Of a stretch of 64,000 nucleotides of DNA, positions 1-9,725 are shown piece by piece (position 1 is the stretch's first letter; each line of letters opens with the position of its first letter). A program made the position numbers and the translations under genes. The DNA lies in assembly GCA_039028615.1 (NCBI GenBank), contig JBCCHT010000004.1, positions 96,001-160,000 on the forward strand. The letters run 5' to 3'. Under the pieces are notes generated by a model. It was not told the DNA's origin and ran no database searches. It saw nothing but the letters and a program-made list of their open reading frames with translations. Source of the stretch: Myxococcota bacterium (GTDB taxonomy: Bacteria; Myxococcota_A; Polyangia; Nannocystales; Nannocystaceae).

Positions 1-437
1 CGTGGCCCGAGCCCACCGCGCCGCGCGGCGACACGCTTTCGATCTTCGGCGACCGCAGCTTTCGGGACCATCCGCGACGCGACGAGTTCGTCCGCGAGCT
101 GGAGGCGTTAGGGGCGGAGCTCGGGTATCGGGCGGTGACGGTCCACACCAACAGCGCGGCGGTCATGAACGCTTGCCACGTGCTCGAGCATCCGCCGGCT
201 TGCTACTTCAAGCTGCGCAAGCCGGAGGCAGGCGGAGGCAGTCTGTGGGACTTTGCCGCGACCGCATGCCTGTTTCACGAAGCGGACGCGCCCGCGACGG
301 ACATCCACGGCCAGCCACTCGACCTCAACCGAGCCGACGGCACCTTCATGAACCACCGTGGGGTCTGCTACGCCTCGAGCGAAGCGCTGGCGCGGAAGAT
401 TCAGGCCCTCGCCGCGGGTTCGGCACCGTCAGCGTGA
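1..437 (+). CDS. Inositol monophosphatase/CysQ-family protein, C-terminal part (5' end outside window)
   Basis: Frame of ORF 135..437 is open back to the window edge; contains GSLWDFAATACLFHEA...TDIHGQPL, matching the IMPase WD.AA...EAG..TD..G motif. Confidence 0.75.
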   Translation, partial: WPEPTAPRGDTLSIFGDRSFRDHPRRDEFVRELEALGAELGYRAVTVHTNSAAVMNACHVLEHPPACYFKLRKPEAGGGSLWDFAATACLFHEADAPATDIHGQPLDLNRADGTFMNHRGVCYASSEALARKIQALAAGSAPSA

Positions 438-731
438 GTCGAGTTCACGCGGTGGCGCGTGTTCGTCGTCGATGCCGCCATCGTCGGCCGAGGCCGCGGG
501 CGCGGATACGGACGTTACCGATCCGTCATGGAAGAAGCTGCCGGCTTCGACAGAGAGACAAAGGGCCATGGACCCGGCGCATACGAGGGTTACGAGAGAA
601 GAGAGCATCGTGGGGGTGTCTTTCGCTCTTCACCGTGTCACGGCTCGAGTTCGATCTGACCAGACCGACCCATGACGGTTGTTGACCCGGCCAGCTCACG
701 CTTTGGATACTCGTGGCGAGCGTGTTTCGCC

Positions 732-1505
732 GTGACTGAGGACAGCAGCACACCGCGAGGGCCCCAGGCCAAAGACCGGTTCGGCCACGACCCGACGCTC
801 ATGAAGGTCGACGCCAAGCTCGCGCATGACCCCACCTTGATGAAGGTCGACGCCAAGCTCGCGCATGACCCCACCTTGATGAAGGTCGACGCCAAGCTTG
901 CTCATGACCCCACCATGATGGGTGTCGACGCCAAGCTCGCTCACGCCCCCACCATGATGGGTGTCGACGCCAAGCTTGCCCATGACCCCACCTTGATGAA
1001 GGTCGACGCCAAGCTCGCTCACGACCCCACTTTGATGAAGGTCGACTCCAAGCTCGCTCACGACCCCACCATGATGGGCGTCGATGCCAAGCTCGCTCAC
1101 GACCCAACCATGATGCAGCTCGGCACTGCCGCACCGACTCCAGCGACGGGACCGACCGCGACCCCACTACCGACGCTCGCCCCGTCCCCTGTGCCGCCGC
1201 GCAGCACCGCGCCGTCGTCCCGCATCAAGCTCGGACTCGCCGTGGGTGGACTGGCCCTGATCGGCGCCCTCGCTTGGGGCCTCACACGTGAGACCGCGGA
1301 GGACGAACAACCGGCTGCCCCGGCTGCCGCCCCTCCCGTCGACGAGCCGGCCGAGCAGACGCCCGAAGACAAACGGCCCACCGACGACAAACGCCAGGAG
1401 TCCACACAGTCGGACCCGTCCTCCGACTCGTCCGACAAAGGTTCGCGTCGAAGTGGACGGCGTCGCCCCGTAAGGAATGCGATGCGCCGAATGGGCATCC
1501 GATAG
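732..1505 (+). CDS. Single-pass membrane protein with N-terminal 13-aa tandem repeats
   Basis: ORF 672..1505, start uncertain (GTG 732 or ATG 672); HDPT(L/M)M(K/G)VDAKLA repeats, Pro/Thr linker, hydrophobic helix LGLAVGGLALIGALAWGL, low-complexity tail. Confidence 0.75.
   Translation: MTEDSSTPRGPQAKDRFGHDPTLMKVDAKLAHDPTLMKVDAKLAHDPTLMKVDAKLAHDPTMMGVDAKLAHAPTMMGVDAKLAHDPTLMKVDAKLAHDPTLMKVDSKLAHDPTMMGVDAKLAHDPTMMQLGTAAPTPATGPTATPLPTLAPSPVPPRSTAPSSRIKLGLAVGGLALIGALAWGLTRETAEDEQPAAPAAAPPVDEPAEQTPEDKRPTDDKRQESTQSDPSSDSSDKGSRRSGRRRPVRNAMRRMGIR
786..1115 (+). repeat. 39-bp coding tandem repeat, 8 full copies plus 1 partial
   Basis: Contiguous units like cacgaccccaccttgatgaaggtcgacgccaagctcgct with no spacers. 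Confidence 0.95.
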
Positions 1506-1672
1506 TTCGGCCCCAGGGCATGCCCAACGGAGCGCGAACCTGCGCCCAGACTTCCTTGACACCCACTCATCGGCCACGTTACGGCTGAAATACCGCGGGA
1601 TTGTTCGACCCTCGGTGGCCCACTACCGGCCTCGTCGTCGGTGGCGGCAGAACTTCGTGACACGAGGATCCC

Positions 1673-4084
1673 ATGCTGACCCTGGAGACGCCCCTGTACG
1701 AGTTCGACGGGATCGTGGTGTTCCGTGACCACGCCCAACCGACGACGTTCCACTACCTGGCCGGCTCCCCGCGCCTCACCGTACGCGACGGCAAGCCGCA
1801 CCTCGCGTTGCTGAAGTATCGCGAGGCCCTCGACGCGAGCCCCACCGCGCCCGCGGTTCGCGATCAGCTCGGCGGCGGCTTCATGACCTTCTCCGTCGAC
1901 TGCGGCGTCGATGCGGAGACCCTCCAGTCCATTCGCGACGAGCTCGCCAAGACCCTCCCCGACGACGCCCGCGACCAGCTCAGCCTCGTGCCCGTGCTGT
2001 ACACCAAGGGCAAGGTCGAGGTCATCGCCCTCGACCGCCAGCAGGGTCTCGCCGACGACCCCGATTCCGATGATGCCGATACCCCGGCCACACGCTTCGT
2101 ACGGGGCGTACTGGGCTCGGCGACCCCCTCGCTGTTCCAGGACCAGCGAGCCGTGTTCTCCATCGCGCTGAGCCCCGATGGCATCGCCTTGCTCGAGCAA
2201 GCCTATCGCGCGGAGCTGTCACCCATCGGGGTGCTCTACGAGCTCGAGTTCAGCGGCCTGCGCCCCGCCCTCAGCGTTCGCGTGCGTGCCGACGCCGAGC
2301 GCATCTACGAACAGTTCAAGACCGGCCTGAACATCGGGATCGACGTCGGCGCGACGGAAACGTCGGGCACGCCCGCTCCGAGTTCAGGCTCCGACTCGAA
2401 CCAACCCGCCCGCAGCGGCGTGGCGCTGGATTTCGAGATCGAAAAGACCATCGAGTCCCTGGTCGAGTCCGGCGCCATCGAGATCGAGGTCGTCCAGCAG
2501 CAAGTCGGCGACGACATCGACAAGCTCGAGGCCGAGGCGATGAAGCTCGTCAAGGAGGACATCCTGAAGGAGTTCTTCTCACCCACGCTCAGCGCCATGC
2601 CCAGCCAGCCGCTGGCCAACGACCAGATGCGAGAGCTGGCGTCGTCCATCTCGGACATCAGCCGCGGCCAGAGCCGAAACCCCACCACGAGGCAGAAGAA
2701 CGGAGTGGAGCTGGGCTTTCAGCTGCGCTACCGCCACAGCGAGGAGCAGAAGGTCATCACCTACGACTACGACGTGGCGGCTCCCGAGACCCGCACCCAC
2801 GCGCCCAACGGCTTCTTCTCCGCGCTCGTCGGCGACACGAACATCGAAGACCACATCCGCGAGGTCGACCTCGCCGACCCCTTCTTCCAGACCCTCGAGG
2901 TCGAGGTCCAGACCACCCCCGAGTTCGAGCGTCTCGCCATCGCGTCCATCGTGGTCGACCTCCAGTACGGGGGCACCGAAGACGCACCGCAGCAGACCGC
3001 GTCGCTGCTCTTTTCTCCCGACGACCCCGAGCCCAAGTTCTTCCGCTCGTTTCGCAACCAAGACGACTTCTCGTATCGCTACCAGGTGAGCTACCGCTTC
3101 GCCCCCAGCGATGACGTGGCCGCTGCGAGCCAGGCGCTCACGACCCCGTGGCAGACGACCACCAGCCGTGCCCTGGTCGTGCACCCGCCCGAGGACATCG
3201 GCCTGATCAGCGTGCTCGTCGAGCCGGCGGTCATCCCCTGGGACCTGGTGCCCAAGGTGGAGGTGAAGCTGTCCTACGAAGATCCGGCCTCCGCGTTCCG
3301 AACCGAGCGCAGCTTCGTGCTCGACCCGACCAGCGACGCCCAGCCCTGGATCGTACGCGTGCCCGAGGGCGCGCCCACCGACTACACGGCGCAGTACACC
3401 TGGCACCTGTCCAACGGCTCGAAGATCGAAGGGGAGCCGCAGACCCAGGGGCATCCGCGCCTGTTCGTGCCCAGTCCCTTCGGCGGCCAGCAGCTGCGAC
3501 TGCGGGTCGTGCCCGCGGTCGACCCGAGCAGCGTGGGTCTGGTGCTCGCCGAGATCGCGCATACCGACCCGGGCACGGGGCTCGAGATCCGCCGCACGCT
3601 GTCGATGTCGCCGCCCTATCGGGCCCAGTGGGTGAAGATTCCGCTCATCGACCCGCAGCACACCGAGGTCACCTGGTCCTACCGCCTGCATCCGACCGGC
3701 GGCGGCACCCCGGCAGAAAAGGGGCCCTTCGTCACCGGGTCGCGCGCGCTGGTCATCACCGAAGGCGACGTCATGCTGCACGACCTCGAGCTCGTGGTCT
3801 CGGGCGACCTGCTCGCCGTCGAGGTCCTCGCGCTCCAGGTCGATCTGCGGGCCGAGCCCCCGGAAGGTCGGCAACCGGAGATCGTGAGCCACTTGTTCGA
3901 GGCCGGCGGCGAGACGAGCACCCGAGTGCGGCTGAACCTGCGCGCCGATCGAGACCCGGTATTCGAGTATCAGACCACCGCCCTCATGATGAACGGCGAT
4001 GCGATCGTGCGCGCCTGGGCCCCGCATGGCGGCCCCGCGCTGGGGCTGGCGGTCGCGACGGTGGTCACGCCCAACGAAGACTGA
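1673..4084 (+). CDS. Paralog-array protein A (803 aa; conserved core plus 4 beta-rich repeats), function unknown
   Basis: RBS GAGGA before ATG; MLTLETPLYEFDGIVVFRDH..FHYLAGSPRL, GGGF, GLRPAL and DPFF motifs shared with the other paralogs. Confidence 0.9.
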   Translation: MLTLETPLYEFDGIVVFRDHAQPTTFHYLAGSPRLTVRDGKPHLALLKYREALDASPTAPAVRDQLGGGFMTFSVDCGVDAETLQSIRDELAKTLPDDARDQLSLVPVLYTKGKVEVIALDRQQGLADDPDSDDADTPATRFVRGVLGSATPSLFQDQRAVFSIALSPDGIALLEQAYRAELSPIGVLYELEFSGLRPALSVRVRADAERIYEQFKTGLNIGIDVGATETSGTPAPSSGSDSNQPARSGVALDFEIEKTIESLVESGAIEIEVVQQQVGDDIDKLEAEAMKLVKEDILKEFFSPTLSAMPSQPLANDQMRELASSISDISRGQSRNPTTRQKNGVELGFQLRYRHSEEQKVITYDYDVAAPETRTHAPNGFFSALVGDTNIEDHIREVDLADPFFQTLEVEVQTTPEFERLAIASIVVDLQYGGTEDAPQQTASLLFSPDDPEPKFFRSFRNQDDFSYRYQVSYRFAPSDDVAAASQALTTPWQTTTSRALVVHPPEDIGLISVLVEPAVIPWDLVPKVEVKLSYEDPASAFRTERSFVLDPTSDAQPWIVRVPEGAPTDYTAQYTWHLSNGSKIEGEPQTQGHPRLFVPSPFGGQQLRLRVVPAVDPSSVGLVLAEIAHTDPGTGLEIRRTLSMSPPYRAQWVKIPLIDPQHTEVTWSYRLHPTGGGTPAEKGPFVTGSRALVITEGDVMLHDLELVVSGDLLAVEVLALQVDLRAEPPEGRQPEIVSHLFEAGGETSTRVRLNLRADRDPVFEYQTTALMMNGDAIVRAWAPHGGPALGLAVATVVTPNED

Positions 4085-4090
4085 GCGGGG

Positions 4091-4678
4091 CTACGGCGGG
4101 TCCGTCGCGCTGACCGTCCAGATCACACGGTCGTCGACGACCTCGACATCGAGCGCTGCCTGTACGCCGTTGAATTCGGACAGCGCGAGGAAGACGGTGC
4201 CGACGCCTCGCAGATAGACGATGTCGTCGCGCATGACTCGGGGCAAGGCCACGCCGACGACGGACACCCGAGCTGGACCCTCGACCTCGACCCCGAGCGT
4301 CCCCGCGTTGCGGATCACGAGCATGTAGCCGCGCGGCACGATGCGCAGGACCGCGACCCCTCTGCCGCCGAAGATCCGCAGCCCCGATTTCACGAAGGCG
4401 GAGAGCAGAGGCTTGTCGACGGCCCGGATGAAGGCTTCCTTGCCCCAAGCCATCATGGCGTCGAAACCGGAGACCGCGACTACGGCACGAGTGAGCTCGA
4501 TGTCGTACTGCAAGGGCACCCAGGTCACCTTGGTGCTCTGCTCGATGCCCTGCAGGACCTCGGGATCGACAGACTCTCTGACCCGCCGCTCGGTCGACTC
4601 TCCCAGATAGCGAAGGTTCTGGAGGTTCTCCCGAACGAACGATGACCGCATCACCGGTGCATCACCGCCACTCGTCAC
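4091..4678 (-). CDS. Hypothetical protein resembling the myxobacterial DUF2378/TIGR02265-like family
   Basis: Good codon bias; 'PEVLQGIEQSTKVTWVPLQYDIELTRAV' pattern recalled from this family; true start may be the ATG of MRSSF. Confidence 0.5.
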   Translation of the reverse strand: MTSGGDAPVMRSSFVRENLQNLRYLGESTERRVRESVDPEVLQGIEQSTKVTWVPLQYDIELTRAVVAVSGFDAMMAWGKEAFIRAVDKPLLSAFVKSGLRIFGGRGVAVLRIVPRGYMLVIRNAGTLGVEVEGPARVSVVGVALPRVMRDDIVYLRGVGTVFLALSEFNGVQAALDVEVVDDRVIWTVSATDPP

Positions 4679-4808
4679 GCTCCGAAACTATCACCGCGGC
4701 CCCGAACCTCGATGCCTCCGAAACGGGACGATGGCGTTCGGAGGGCCCCACACTCCAACCGCTCACGAGCGATTGCGAACCTCTGGCCTCAAAGGGCCTC
4801 GGGATCGC

Positions 4809-6266
4809 TCACGGCTCGATCAAGTACTCGGCCGCAAAGTCGTAGCCCGACGACGCGCCTTTGTCGGCCACGATCGACCACACCTCGATCGGCGCGGTGG
4901 TTTCCTCGGTCGACGGGTCGTAGTTGAGGCTGCCCGATGCACCGCTGACGTCGATGGCCTGACCCGCGGAGAACAGCTCGACCACGCTCTCCCAGCTGCG
5001 GATTCGAATCTCCACCTCGGTGCCGCCGCTGACCTGACGCAGGCCACGGGCGATGCCGAGGCCGTCGACGCCCCCTTCTTGGGTATGGGCCCACACGGTG
5101 GCGTAGAGCACGAGCCACGCGGCATCGAAGGCATGCGCGGTGAACCCGGACGACGACGCGCTGGCTCCGAACTCGTCGGCGAGCGCAATGGTGAACGCAT
5201 CGAACAAGGGGCCCGAGGCGATGGCCGGGCGAGAGCCGCGGATGTTGTCGAAGAGCACCTCGGAGCTGTCGACGGTCTCGTTGAGCAGGACCTCGTTGAA
5301 CGCGGCGTCGGGCAGGAAGATGCCCTTGGCGTCGTACTCGGTCTCGAGGTTCTCGCTCGCCACCGCCCCGCGCAGGAACGAGACGTAGTCGTCCAGCTCG
5401 GACGAGATGAACACGACTTCCTCCGAGTCGGTCGCCGCCGTGTCGGCGATGGCGTCGAACAGATCGGTGGAGTAGGTCTCGATGGTCGCCGAGGTCCCCC
5501 CGCGCGCGAGGAATTCCTCCTGCAGCAGCGTGGCCAGGCTGTCGCCGTAGCTGCCCTCTTGGGCGATGATGGCCACCGAGGCGACCCCGCGATCGACGAG
5601 GTCGGAGGCGATCACGACACTCTGCAGAGAATCGGGAGGCGCCGTGCGCCACAGCAGGCCGGGGTTTTCGTCGGTGGGCCCTTCCACGTCGAGCGCGGTG
5701 AGGGCCGGGCTCGTGGCGGAAGGCGAGATGACCAGCGTCCCGCTGGGACTGGCGACCTCGAACGCCGCTTGGGTTCGCGACGACCCGCGCGGACCGATGA
5801 TGGCGGGCACGCCCAGATCCTCGGCGAGATAGCTCGTGACCTCGCGCGTCGCCTCGAGGGTGTCGAGGTTGTCCCCCGCGCCGTCGGTGTAGTCGCAGAC
5901 GACCCACGCGTAGTCGAGCTCGAAGGCATCGGACGATCGCACGGTCCGCAACGCGAGCTCCGAGCCCTGCAGGGTATCGAGGTGATCCTCGTAGCTGTAC
6001 AGGCCGCCCAGCAGCACGTGGTTGCGGTAGGACTCCGGTTCCTCGAACAGGTTCTCCGGGTAGGTGCGAGAGCAGCGCGGGTGAGTCTGGACCGCGCTGC
6101 AGTAGCCGTCCGACTGACACGACGAACCCCAGCCGAACGCGAGACGGCAGTCCGAGTCCTGTGAACACGAATCAGAGCCCGATACGGTGAGCGAGCACGC
6201 TGCCGCCAGGCCACCGATGGCGAGCGCGGCGAGTGCGTGAAGGGCGTGGGGTTTGGAACGCGTCAC
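4809..6266 (-). CDS. Lipoprotein: Cys-rich module plus type-1 (LivK-like) solute-binding domain
   Basis: Lipobox LAAAC after probable GTG 6266; CSQDSDC..C..C module; AIIGPRGSS, ISPSATSPALT, WRTAPPDSLQ, G.SGSLNYD motifs. Confidence 0.85.
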   Translation of the reverse strand: MTRSKPHALHALAALAIGGLAAACSLTVSGSDSCSQDSDCRLAFGWGSSCQSDGYCSAVQTHPRCSRTYPENLFEEPESYRNHVLLGGLYSYEDHLDTLQGSELALRTVRSSDAFELDYAWVVCDYTDGAGDNLDTLEATREVTSYLAEDLGVPAIIGPRGSSRTQAAFEVASPSGTLVISPSATSPALTALDVEGPTDENPGLLWRTAPPDSLQSVVIASDLVDRGVASVAIIAQEGSYGDSLATLLQEEFLARGGTSATIETYSTDLFDAIADTAATDSEEVVFISSELDDYVSFLRGAVASENLETEYDAKGIFLPDAAFNEVLLNETVDSSEVLFDNIRGSRPAIASGPLFDAFTIALADEFGASASSSGFTAHAFDAAWLVLYATVWAHTQEGGVDGLGIARGLRQVSGGTEVEIRIRSWESVVELFSAGQAIDVSGASGSLNYDPSTEETTAPIEVWSIVADKGASSGYDFAAEYLIEP

Positions 6267-6281
6267 TTTGTCAGTAGCATC

Positions 6282-7169
6282 ATGGTACGCGAACCCGTGG
6301 CATCGAGCGCGCGACATCGGCAAGCCATCTCATCCCGCGGCACGGCGCTCGTGGCCTGCCTCGCGATGCTGTGGCCGACGCTTGCTCGGGGAGCCGGCCG
6401 AACCGCGCCCGAGCCCGCGGCCGAGGCAGCGCCGAGCGCGGAGAGCGACGACATCCAGCGCGCCCGTGAACTGGCGGCCAACGGCAGCGCGCTGTACCGC
6501 GAGGGCTCGTACGCGGCAGCGATCGAGGCGTTCGAGGTCGCCTACGAGCTCGCGAAGGATCCGAACCTGCTCTACAACATCGCTCTGTGCCACGAGAAGG
6601 CGGGCGATCTGCAGGCGGCCGCCGATGCGCTCGACCGCTACCGCGCGGTCGCTCCCGCGTCCGAACGCGCGGCGCTGGTCGAACGTGCAGCGTCACTGCG
6701 CGAGCGGGCGGCCCAGCAAGCCGAGCCGGAACCCGAGCCCGAGCCGCAGCCCGAGCCGGAGCCCGAGCCACAACCCGAGCCCGAGCCCGAGCCACAACCC
6801 GAGCCCGAGCCGCTGTTCAACGGCGTCGCTTGGGGGCTGCTGGGTGTTTCCCTGGCGGGCGTGGCCGTGGGCACCACCCTCGGGGCACTGTCGCTGAGCA
6901 ACAGCGCCGAGGTCGATCGTCAGTGCAGCACGGGCGGCTCGACCCTGTGCCCCACCTCCGTCGCGGCGCCGCTCCGGGCCGCGCGCTGGCAGGCCGGGGT
7001 CGCCGATGCGTCGTTCGCCATCGCGGCCGGCTCGGCCATCGCCCTGGGCGTCGTGCTGGGCATGCGTGCCAAGAAGCGCAAAGCCAACAACGTCGCGATC
7101 ACACCGACGCTGAACGGCCTGGCCGTGCACGGCCGCTTCGGGCGACCTAGCCGTCGAGCTTCTCGGTAA
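6282..7169 (+). CDS. Exported TPR protein with PE-rich linker and hydrophobic C-terminal helices
   Basis: Signal-like N-terminus; TPR 'GSALYREGSYAAAIEAFEVAYEL..DPNLLYNIALCHE'; architecture typical of myxobacterial kinase-associated TPR proteins; start uncertain. Confidence 0.8.
   Translation: MVREPVASSARHRQAISSRGTALVACLAMLWPTLARGAGRTAPEPAAEAAPSAESDDIQRARELAANGSALYREGSYAAAIEAFEVAYELAKDPNLLYNIALCHEKAGDLQAAADALDRYRAVAPASERAALVERAASLRERAAQQAEPEPEPEPQPEPEPEPQPEPEPEPQPEPEPLFNGVAWGLLGVSLAGVAVGTTLGALSLSNSAEVDRQCSTGGSTLCPTSVAAPLRAARWQAGVADASFAIAAGSAIALGVVLGMRAKKRKANNVAITPTLNGLAVHGRFGRPSRRASR
6721..6812 (+). repeat. Coding low-complexity repeat (PEPEPEPQ)n
   Basis: Repeated ccgagc units in the TPR gene linker. 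Confidence 0.85.
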
Positions 7170-9084
7170 CGGGCACGGGGTGCGCCGCCGATGGCGTGTG
7201 CCCGGAGTCCGACTCGGTGTCGGTCTTCGGTGACTCTTTGCCGGGCCGGGGTCGAGGACGCGGCCGTCGACTCAGTTTTCGCTTGGTGCGTTTGAGTCGC
7301 TTGCTCAGGCCTTCGCAGGTCTTGCCGTCGGACAACGACGGCACCGTCGCCTGCTCGACCACGGGGAGAAACTCGGCATCGAGCCCGGCATCGATCGCGG
7401 TGAGTGCAGTCGAGAACACCGCGCACGGGTCCTCGGCTTGCTGCGCCTGCAGCAGGTCGAGGCCGATGTTGATGCGGTGATCGATGAAGGGCGCCGCGCT
7501 GGGGTTTTTCTCGAGTTCACGCAGCAGAGCGTGGCGCTCGGCGTAGGGCAGCGCTTGCGTGGGCTCGACCGTGTTGATCTTGCCGAGCTTCTCCAACACG
7601 CTGGGTGACGACGTCGGTGTCTCGCCGGGATTCGCCTCGAGGACGGCCGCCTTGGTCTCGGGATCCGCGGGCGCGGGCTCCGGCGGCGGATCGGCGGGCG
7701 GTTGCTTGGCCTCCACCGGGCTGGGCTCGGGCTTGGCCGCCGGAGCCTCGGTCTTCTTCGGCTGCAGTATCCAGCCCAGGGCCGCCACTCCGGCCACCGC
7801 GGCCAATAGCGGCACCACGACCCGGCGCTTTGCCGAACCCGCGACGGGACTCGCCCTCTCGGAAGAACTCCGGTCGCCCGTCCCCGCGGTGGTCTCCGCC
7901 CCTCGAACTCGCGTGGGCGTGGTGAGGGACTCGGTCTCGGTCTCGGTGCCGGTATCGACCGCAGACCCCCGCAGGGAGACGTCGAGGTTGTAGTTGGCCG
8001 GGGGCAGGATGGGCTCGTCCCACGTCTCCCCGCGCTGAGCCCACGCGGACTTCATGGCCTGCAGTCGCTCGCGAGCCTCGCCCGCGCTGGCGATGCGGTC
8101 GTCGAGGTCTCGCGCGCACAGGTCCGCGCACAGGTAGCGCAGCTCGTCGGGGTAGCTGGCGGGCAGCGGAGGAATGTCCCGGGCCGCGCGGACCCGAATC
8201 TGGTCCAGCGCCGTGCGAGCGCGCAGCGGGACCCCTCCGGTCAGCAAGCGGATGAGGATCAGGCCCGCGGAGAACAGGTCGGCGCGGGCGTCGACGGGCA
8301 AGCCCCCGGCCTGCTCGGGGCTCATGTACAGCGGCGTCCCGATGGCCGTGCCCGCCCGGGTCGCGGTGGGACCGGCTCCCGCCGCGTTGATCTTGGCCAC
8401 CCCGAAGTCCGCGACGACCAGGTGATCTTCACCGCTGGAGTCGGCACAAATGAAGATGTTCTCGGGCTTGAGGTCGCGGTGGACCACCTCGTGCTGGTGC
8501 GCGTGCGCGAGGGCATCGAACAGCTCGATGCCGAGCCGCACGACCATGGACGGGGCGATGGCGGGGGGAGGATTCGACTCGCCCCCGGGCAGCACCTCGT
8601 CCGGGCGATCCTGCCAGTCGCCCAGCGTCCGCCCCTCGACGTACTCCATCGCGAGGAACAAGCGGCCTTCGTGCGTCCCACACTCGTGAATGTTCACGAT
8701 GCCGCGGTGACGCAGCCGAGCCATGGCTCGCGCTTCGCGGCGCATGCGCGCCTCGGCCCGGCTCAGGTCCCCTCCCCCGCCGTCGGGGTTGAGGAACTTC
8801 AGCGCGACCTGCCGATCGAGCTCGGGGTCGCGAGCCAGGTACACGACGCCCATGTTCCCGGAGCCGAGCAGGCGCAAGACTTCGTAGCGAGCGATCTGCC
8901 GCGGGAGGGCATCCGCGTCGCGCGGGACGTAATCGGCGAGACTCGAGTCCGAGAGCGTGTGACTCCCGTCGGTATCCGACGTGATGGTCGGCTCGCCGTG
9001 CTCCTCCGGACCCGGAGCCTGTCTCTGGCTGGCCGCCGTCATGGGCGGTGAAGATCCTGGCACAGCCGGGCTCGGCGTGGCCAC
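7147..9084 (-). CDS. Transmembrane Ser/Thr protein kinase
   Basis: LGSGNMGVVY, VALK, HRDLKPEN, DFG, GTPLYMSPEQ; TM helix VVVPLLAAVAGVAALGWIL. Confidence 0.95.
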   Translation of the reverse strand: MATPSPAVPGSSPPMTAASQRQAPGPEEHGEPTITSDTDGSHTLSDSSLADYVPRDADALPRQIARYEVLRLLGSGNMGVVYLARDPELDRQVALKFLNPDGGGGDLSRAEARMRREARAMARLRHRGIVNIHECGTHEGRLFLAMEYVEGRTLGDWQDRPDEVLPGGESNPPPAIAPSMVVRLGIELFDALAHAHQHEVVHRDLKPENIFICADSSGEDHLVVADFGVAKINAAGAGPTATRAGTAIGTPLYMSPEQAGGLPVDARADLFSAGLILIRLLTGGVPLRARTALDQIRVRAARDIPPLPASYPDELRYLCADLCARDLDDRIASAGEARERLQAMKSAWAQRGETWDEPILPPANYNLDVSLRGSAVDTGTETETESLTTPTRVRGAETTAGTGDRSSSERASPVAGSAKRRVVVPLLAAVAGVAALGWILQPKKTEAPAAKPEPSPVEAKQPPADPPPEPAPADPETKAAVLEANPGETPTSSPSVLEKLGKINTVEPTQALPYAERHALLRELEKNPSAAPFIDHRINIGLDLLQAQQAEDPCAVFSTALTAIDAGLDAEFLPVVEQATVPSLSDGKTCEGLSKRLKRTKRKLSRRPRPRPRPGKESPKTDTESDSGHTPSAAHPVPVTEKLDG

Positions 9085-9258
9085 CGGGGATCCGTTCCGA
9101 ATACGACCAATCGACGTGAGCGTCCGGGGCCCCTTCGATGACGGTTTCGGCCACTGTACGTTGAACGGCGCCTACCTGTAGGGGAATCAACTATCCGGCA
9201 TTGTGGGTGAGCGACCGCGAGCGATCACTCGGGGCAGATTGGGGCACGAAACGCGCGC

Positions 9259-9645
9259 TCAAGGTGCGGTCACATCGGCGTCGTTCTTCTCGGCAAACCT
9301 CAGGGTATTGCCGAATGGATCGGCCACATGCATCTCGGTCCAGCCCCACGGCTGTTCGGTCACTCCGGGGCGCGCATGCGCGTACTTCTTGGCCGCCAAC
9401 ATTCGCTGGTAGTCGCGGATCCCGGTCATCGGCAGGAACAGATGAGTGCCCGGAGTGCCGTCGCCAGAGTGTTCGCTGAGGTGGAGTACGCAGTCTTCGC
9501 GGGAGATCTGCATGTACAGCGGGAGGTCGGGCTCGAAGCGATGCTCCCAGTCCACCGAAAAACCCAGGAACGCCAGGTAGAACTCGCGCGCCTTCGCCGG
9601 ATCGAAGATGCGCAGGATGGGGATCGGAGCGTTCAGCGTAGGCAT
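9259..9645 (-). CDS. VOC/glyoxalase/bleomycin-resistance family protein
   Basis: PILRIFD..AREFY..FLGF.VDWEHRF, LHLSEH.GD, QPWG..EM...DPFGN.LRF. Confidence 0.92.
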   Translation of the reverse strand: MPTLNAPIPILRIFDPAKAREFYLAFLGFSVDWEHRFEPDLPLYMQISREDCVLHLSEHSGDGTPGTHLFLPMTGIRDYQRMLAAKKYAHARPGVTEQPWGWTEMHVADPFGNTLRFAEKNDADVTAP

Positions 9646-9673
9646 GGAATGGACCCTGGAAGCGACCCAAATG

Positions 9674-9705
9674 AAAAAGGGCGGCCGCGAGTGCGTCCGC
9701 CCTTT
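9674..9705 (-). terminator. Rho-independent terminator downstream of paralog B
   Basis: AAAGGGCGG..CCGCCCTTT inverted repeat; U-tract on the minus strand; about 20 bp after stop at 9726. Confidence 0.75.
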
Positions 9706-9725
9706 GTTCGGCCATCCGTCCCGCG

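Noticed and set aside
438..731. Short ORFs 358..675 and 459..659
   Set aside because: No motifs or convincing codon bias; treated as intergenic
786..1115. 39-bp repeats as a CRISPR array
   Set aside because: Units are contiguous with no unique spacers, are in frame with third-position variation, and no cas genes are present
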